A DNA stretch of 64,000 nucleotides from the NCBI RefSeq assembly GCF_018350175.1, contig NC_058383.1, positions 5,148,001-5,212,000 of the forward strand. The letters run 5' to 3'. This DNA is from Felis catus (lineage: Eukaryota). Under the pieces are notes generated by a model. It had not been told where the DNA came from and ran no database searches. It saw nothing but the letters and a program-made list of their open reading frames with translations. Positions 59,993 to 64,000 of the stretch are shown in pieces (the first letter of the stretch is position 1; each line of letters begins with the position of its first letter). The position numbers and the translations under genes are program-made.

Positions 59993-60834
59993 CTGGGGAG
60001 AGAGGAGAAGCGTCAGTGCCACAGCACCTCTCACTGACACTTGATAGCAAAAAGGAAAAAGAGGGCTCAAAGGTATGAAAGCAGATGGGGTGTGTTGGGA
60101 AAAAGAACATTTCCTGTCATCACGATGGTCGCTTTCATACACGTACACAACCAGCGATCTCCGCTGGCTAAGAAACAAGCAGATTAGAGCGAACCGGCCG
60201 TGAGGAGTTGCTCGCTGCAGCATCGTTTAAGTTAGCATGGAACCGGACGCACCAAACACGCACCGGCCGGGAGCCAGGCGGCCGCTCACGGCACGGCCGT
60301 CCCCGCGCACACGCAGTGAGGCGGTCACGCGCCCAACTGAGATGTCACGCCGGTCTGGAAGCATGAGTAACATGCTTGCAACAGTTTCTATCACACCGTT
60401 AAAGGGCTCATTCTGAGGGACGGGACCGCCTACGAGCCCGCAATGTTTCTCGCTTCTATCGTTAAGCACGGAGTACATTTGTAATCAGAAAAATAAAAAG
60501 CTTAACAAAAAATAGGAGCTGAGACAATGCGAGGAGCCAAAGAGTTTCTAAAAAGTTACCATCATCTAAATTGGGCTAAACCAGGCATCGGATTCTGGTT
60601 TTGTCATGATGCCAAGTGAAAAGTCAAAGGCGAGAAAAAGATTAAGTGTTCTACGCCTGTAAGATACCGACTCCAAATCTGACATAATCCCCTCTGAATC
60701 AAGTCTCAGAGTAGTAAGATTTTCAATTTGTATTTCCTAGCACGTGTAGTCTGAGTTATAAATGAACTACAGACAAAGTTACATCAAGTCTGACTGCCTT
60801 CTCCTCATCTCACCACCACAATTAGCAAACTTAC

Positions 60835-60905
60835 CTTTATCTCCAACGTTATATCGAGATACGGATCGAACGTATCTGAGACACCTTTGCAATTTAAACA
60901 CTTAA
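60835..60905 (-). CDS. USP42: USP42 exon 7 (71 nt): (V)[23 protein letters not shown]
   Basis: Minus acceptor tttcgtttcag, donor AAG|gtaagt. Confidence 0.94.
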
Positions 60906-61601
60906 CTGAAACGAAAATAAAATGCAAAGAATAAGCAAAGCGTCATCATTATGGCACGACCAACTACTCAAACGACAGAACACAAAAATACCACTTCAAA
61001 ATAAAAAATTAAAGTACGTTGTTTTTTTTTCAGATTGGGCAAACAACTGTAATACCACACACAGTGTGAGTCAGTGTCGAGAATGCAGCCCACACACACT
61101 GCTGGTTGGAAAGGGAACGGGTAGAACCTCCCAGAAGGACGACATGGCAGTACCGCGATGTAGAACACATACCCTTTCATGCAGAAATTCCAATCCTAAG
61201 AATTCATCCTACTTATACACTTTCACATGAACATAAAGGCACTGCACAGGGATACTCACTGACAGGAAGAACAGTAACAAAAAGTTTGAAACCACCTCAA
61301 TAGCCATTGTTACAAGGGGGCTCAAGTGGAATTCTACTTCGGCTGTGAAAGACTGTTACCCACATGTACTGAAATGGACCAAGATTTCTAACGTTAAGAG
61401 AAAAATGAGAGAGGTCTATCTAATATACTCCCAGTGTGCTCATGCACAGGAGAGTGCTGGAAGGATGGACTACAAACTGAGACATGGGTTGCCTTTGAGG
61501 AAGGGGTTTGGGAGTCTGGGCTGGATTGGGAGGCACACTTTCCATTGCTAACCCTGTCTGCCTGCACTTTTTTAACCACATGCATGTATCACTTTACCAA
61601 C

Positions 61602-61815
61602 TTTTTTTTTTTTTTAATGTTTATTTATTTTTGAGACAGAGACAGAGTGTGAGCAGGGGAGGGGTAGAGAGAGAGGGAGACAAGGGATCTGAAACAGGCT
61701 CCAGGCTCTGAGCTGTCAGCACAGAGCCCGACACGGGGCTCGAACTCAAGACCCCATGAGACCATGACTTGAGCCGAAGTCAGACGCTTAACCAATTGAG
61801 CCACCCAGGCGCCCC
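61602..61815 (-). mobile_element. CAN-SINE with TSD, about 30 nt into USP42 intron 6
   Basis: TSD cactttaccaactttt at 61590 and 61816. Confidence 0.92.
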
Positions 61816-61845
61816 CACTTTACCAACTTTTAAACAAGACTTTAC

Positions 61846-61913
61846 CTCTAGATCTTAGGTATCCTCCAAATATCTGACAAACGAGTGTGGTAGCCTGGGT
61901 GTGTCTGTCTAAT
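61846..61913 (-). CDS. USP42: USP42 exon 6 (68 nt): (K)[22 protein letters not shown]
   Basis: Minus acceptor gtttttcag, donor GAG|gtaaag. Confidence 0.94.
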
Positions 61914-62669
61914 CTGAAAAACAAAGTGATAGGAGACAAGAGTTCAACAAAAATTACAGATGTTATGACAAAGCTTTAAAAGCATGGACTTGTATAAAAG
62001 AACGAGACTTCAAATAAGAAGCCACAAAATAAAAAAGACACCAGAATGCGAGGCCGCCAGAGAATAGTCTTGTCTGGACCAGAACGCAGGGAGGGTTTGG
62101 GGAGGCAACCCGAAAGAGGTAGGACAGTACTGAGAAGGGACCTGACGCTGAGGCAGGCACCTGTGCTGGAAGCAAGCGGCAAGACTGTGCCGCTGGGCGT
62201 GTGGCCCCGCTGGTGAAGGCAGGGGACACGGAGCGTTCTCCTCTGCTCTGGGGTCAGTCATCCGGGCAAGCGGAGCCCAGCCGAGGCAGGGCCAGCAGAA
62301 CAGGAGATCTACCAGGTGTGCTCAGGCAACAGCAAGAGGGTTGGGATTTGGTATCTAGTTGTATTTGCAATCTTCCTCTTGAGTCTGCACTTAGATTTTA
62401 AGGAAGAAACTGCAGAAATTGGTAACGGACCAGACTAAGATGCAGGGAACACACACAAATTTCATAGGCTGGAGATGAGCAGAAAAAATGCTGGGCACAA
62501 CTAGAAAGGAGAAGTGGTTAGTTTTAGATCTGCAAAGGGATGCTGGTGCTCAGAAATTAAGTAACGGCAAAACCAATATCCAATCCCTGACACCGGTTAT
62601 TAAATCCAAATTGTTACAGTAAGCAAACCTTTAAAATATTTTCACCATTTTATTTTTTTACATGGTACT

Positions 62670-62895
62670 TTATTTTTTTTTTCAAGTTTATTTTATCTAC
62701 TTTGAGAGCATGTGTGCACATGCGTGGGAGGAGGGGCAGGGGGAGGAGCAGAGTGGAAGAGAGAGAATTCCAAGCAGGCTCCGCACTGTCAGCACAGAGC
62801 CCGACGTGGGGCTTGAACTCACGAACCGTGAGAGCATGACCTGAGCTGAAAATCAAGAGTCCGACGCTTCACTGACTGAGCCACCCAAGCGCCCC
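62670..62895 (-). mobile_element. CAN-SINE in USP42 intron 5
   Basis: SINEC head and tail on minus. Confidence 0.88.
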
Positions 62896-63055
62896 TAACC
62901 ACTTAAAAATAATGGCAATCATGTGAGGAAGAGGCAGCGCAAGGTCAAAAGTGAAGCAAACACAGAGCTCTGCGCATTCATCATAAAAGGCGAGACTGAA
63001 CTCGGTAAGCCAGCGATGTCGAGGGAAGACGTGAGCGATGCTTTGTTGTACTCAC

Positions 63056-63158
63056 TTATTGCTGCCATTCAAGCATGCTTTTTGCATAGCATCAACAGTG
63101 TACTGAAGGAATTCATGGGCATCTTCTTGGTTTCCAAAGCGGAAGTGCCTAGCTATAC
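63056..63158 (-). CDS. USP42: USP42 exon 5 (103 nt): [33 protein letters not shown](K)
   Basis: Minus acceptor aacttcacag, donor TAA|gtgagt; QEDAHEF USP motif. Confidence 0.94.
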
Positions 63159-64000
63159 CTGTGAAGTTTAAGTGAAGACAGAGCTTTATCATCACATACA
63201 ATCCACCTCGGCTGTGCCCCCATCCCCCCCAGACGTTCCATCCCGTGACCATCTGTTGGTTAGAAAACGCCTGTAATTACTTTATGAGTTGACTAACACA
63301 AACTGCCTGAGAATGGCTAGAACCAGGCCCCTGAAGACCATTACGAGTGCATGTGGGCTAGAGCTCCTGAGAGCCCAGAGACTCTAGGTCATCAGCAAGT
63401 TAATAAAATTATAGCTGACTAAATTCAACTTTGGCTGTATGGTCTCAAAAATTTGTTCACAGTGTTACATTAGTGCCCACAATCCTACTAAATTTGGTGC
63501 TAGGGCTCCTTAAGAGAATTCACGGCAAACATAAATGTCTACACTTCTGTCCCAATAACCCACAGAACACCCCACATCTCAGTTCCACGGCAGCCCTGCA
63601 GCCCTATTTCTAACTGAGCAGCTGCAAGACAGAATGACATAATGAAACGCAAGAATATAAACAATGTCACAATAAAGCATTAACCGAGCAAGTTCTATAG
63701 ATGAATATATAGAAATACAAATTCGCTGGAGTCACAGGAAACTGCCAGTGTTCCGCCAGTTCTGGCTACAAAAATGGCAATCTCATGATCCAACCACATG
63801 TCAGGGGGTTATGTGAGCTCATGAATATGGGTGCAAACAGCAATGACCTTTTCTTAAAGTCTAGGTTTAAAAATATTAATCGTTCTTTATATACACAAAA
63901 TTAAACAAACAAAATTACCCCTGGCTAAAATTCTGCCGGGATCCGACACTGTTTAAAAAATGTTTGCACTGTCTCCTCTGGCCTGTTAATAAAGCCAAGG

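Larger units (their letters stand above)
45020..63158 (-). other. USP42: USP42 gene span within window (exon 5 to approximate 3' end); exons 1-4, including the Cys box, lie beyond 64000
   Basis: Spliced exons give USP motifs ([29 protein letters not shown]) followed by the long Ser/Pro, Arg/His and Lys-rich tail of USP42. Confidence 0.96.

Noticed and set aside
1..64000. A novel gene system, prokaryotic or viral insert, or CRISPR array
   Set aside because: All convincing coding signal is explained by CYTH3, USP42 and L1 remnants; no repeat-spacer arrays or unspliced foreign ORFs seen.

Overview
Mammalian genomic DNA, almost certainly felid: it is dense in CAN-SINEs, including the young Felidae-type subfamily, and carries a carnivore-type L1. 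Two convergent spliced genes fill the window. On the + strand is CYTH3 (cytohesin-3/GRP1, an ARF-GEF with coiled-coil, Sec7 and PH domains): 12 constitutive coding exons from 17972 to the stop at 42126, exon 1 upstream of the window, and a 3'UTR to about 44840. On the - strand is USP42 (ubiquitin-specific protease 42): 13 coding exons from 63158 to the stop at 47136, a non-coding last exon, and 5' exons beyond the window end. All splice junctions were read from the sequence as GT-AG with consistent phases. Exon numbers follow my recollection of the human orthologues, and repeat boundaries and family names are approximate. The most notable feature the ORF track misses is a 3-nt microexon (GAG, 37510-37512) that switches the PH loop between di- and tri-glycine, paired with a TAG-GAG tandem acceptor on the next exon. 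Also of note: two alternative USP42 C-termini, 3' ends about 200-270 bp apart, a Pumilio-site cluster, a candidate 27-nt in-frame CYTH3 exon, a tailless SINE with target-site duplication (TSD), and serial or nested SINE insertions. I found no evidence of a wholly new biological system, prokaryotic genes or CRISPR arrays.
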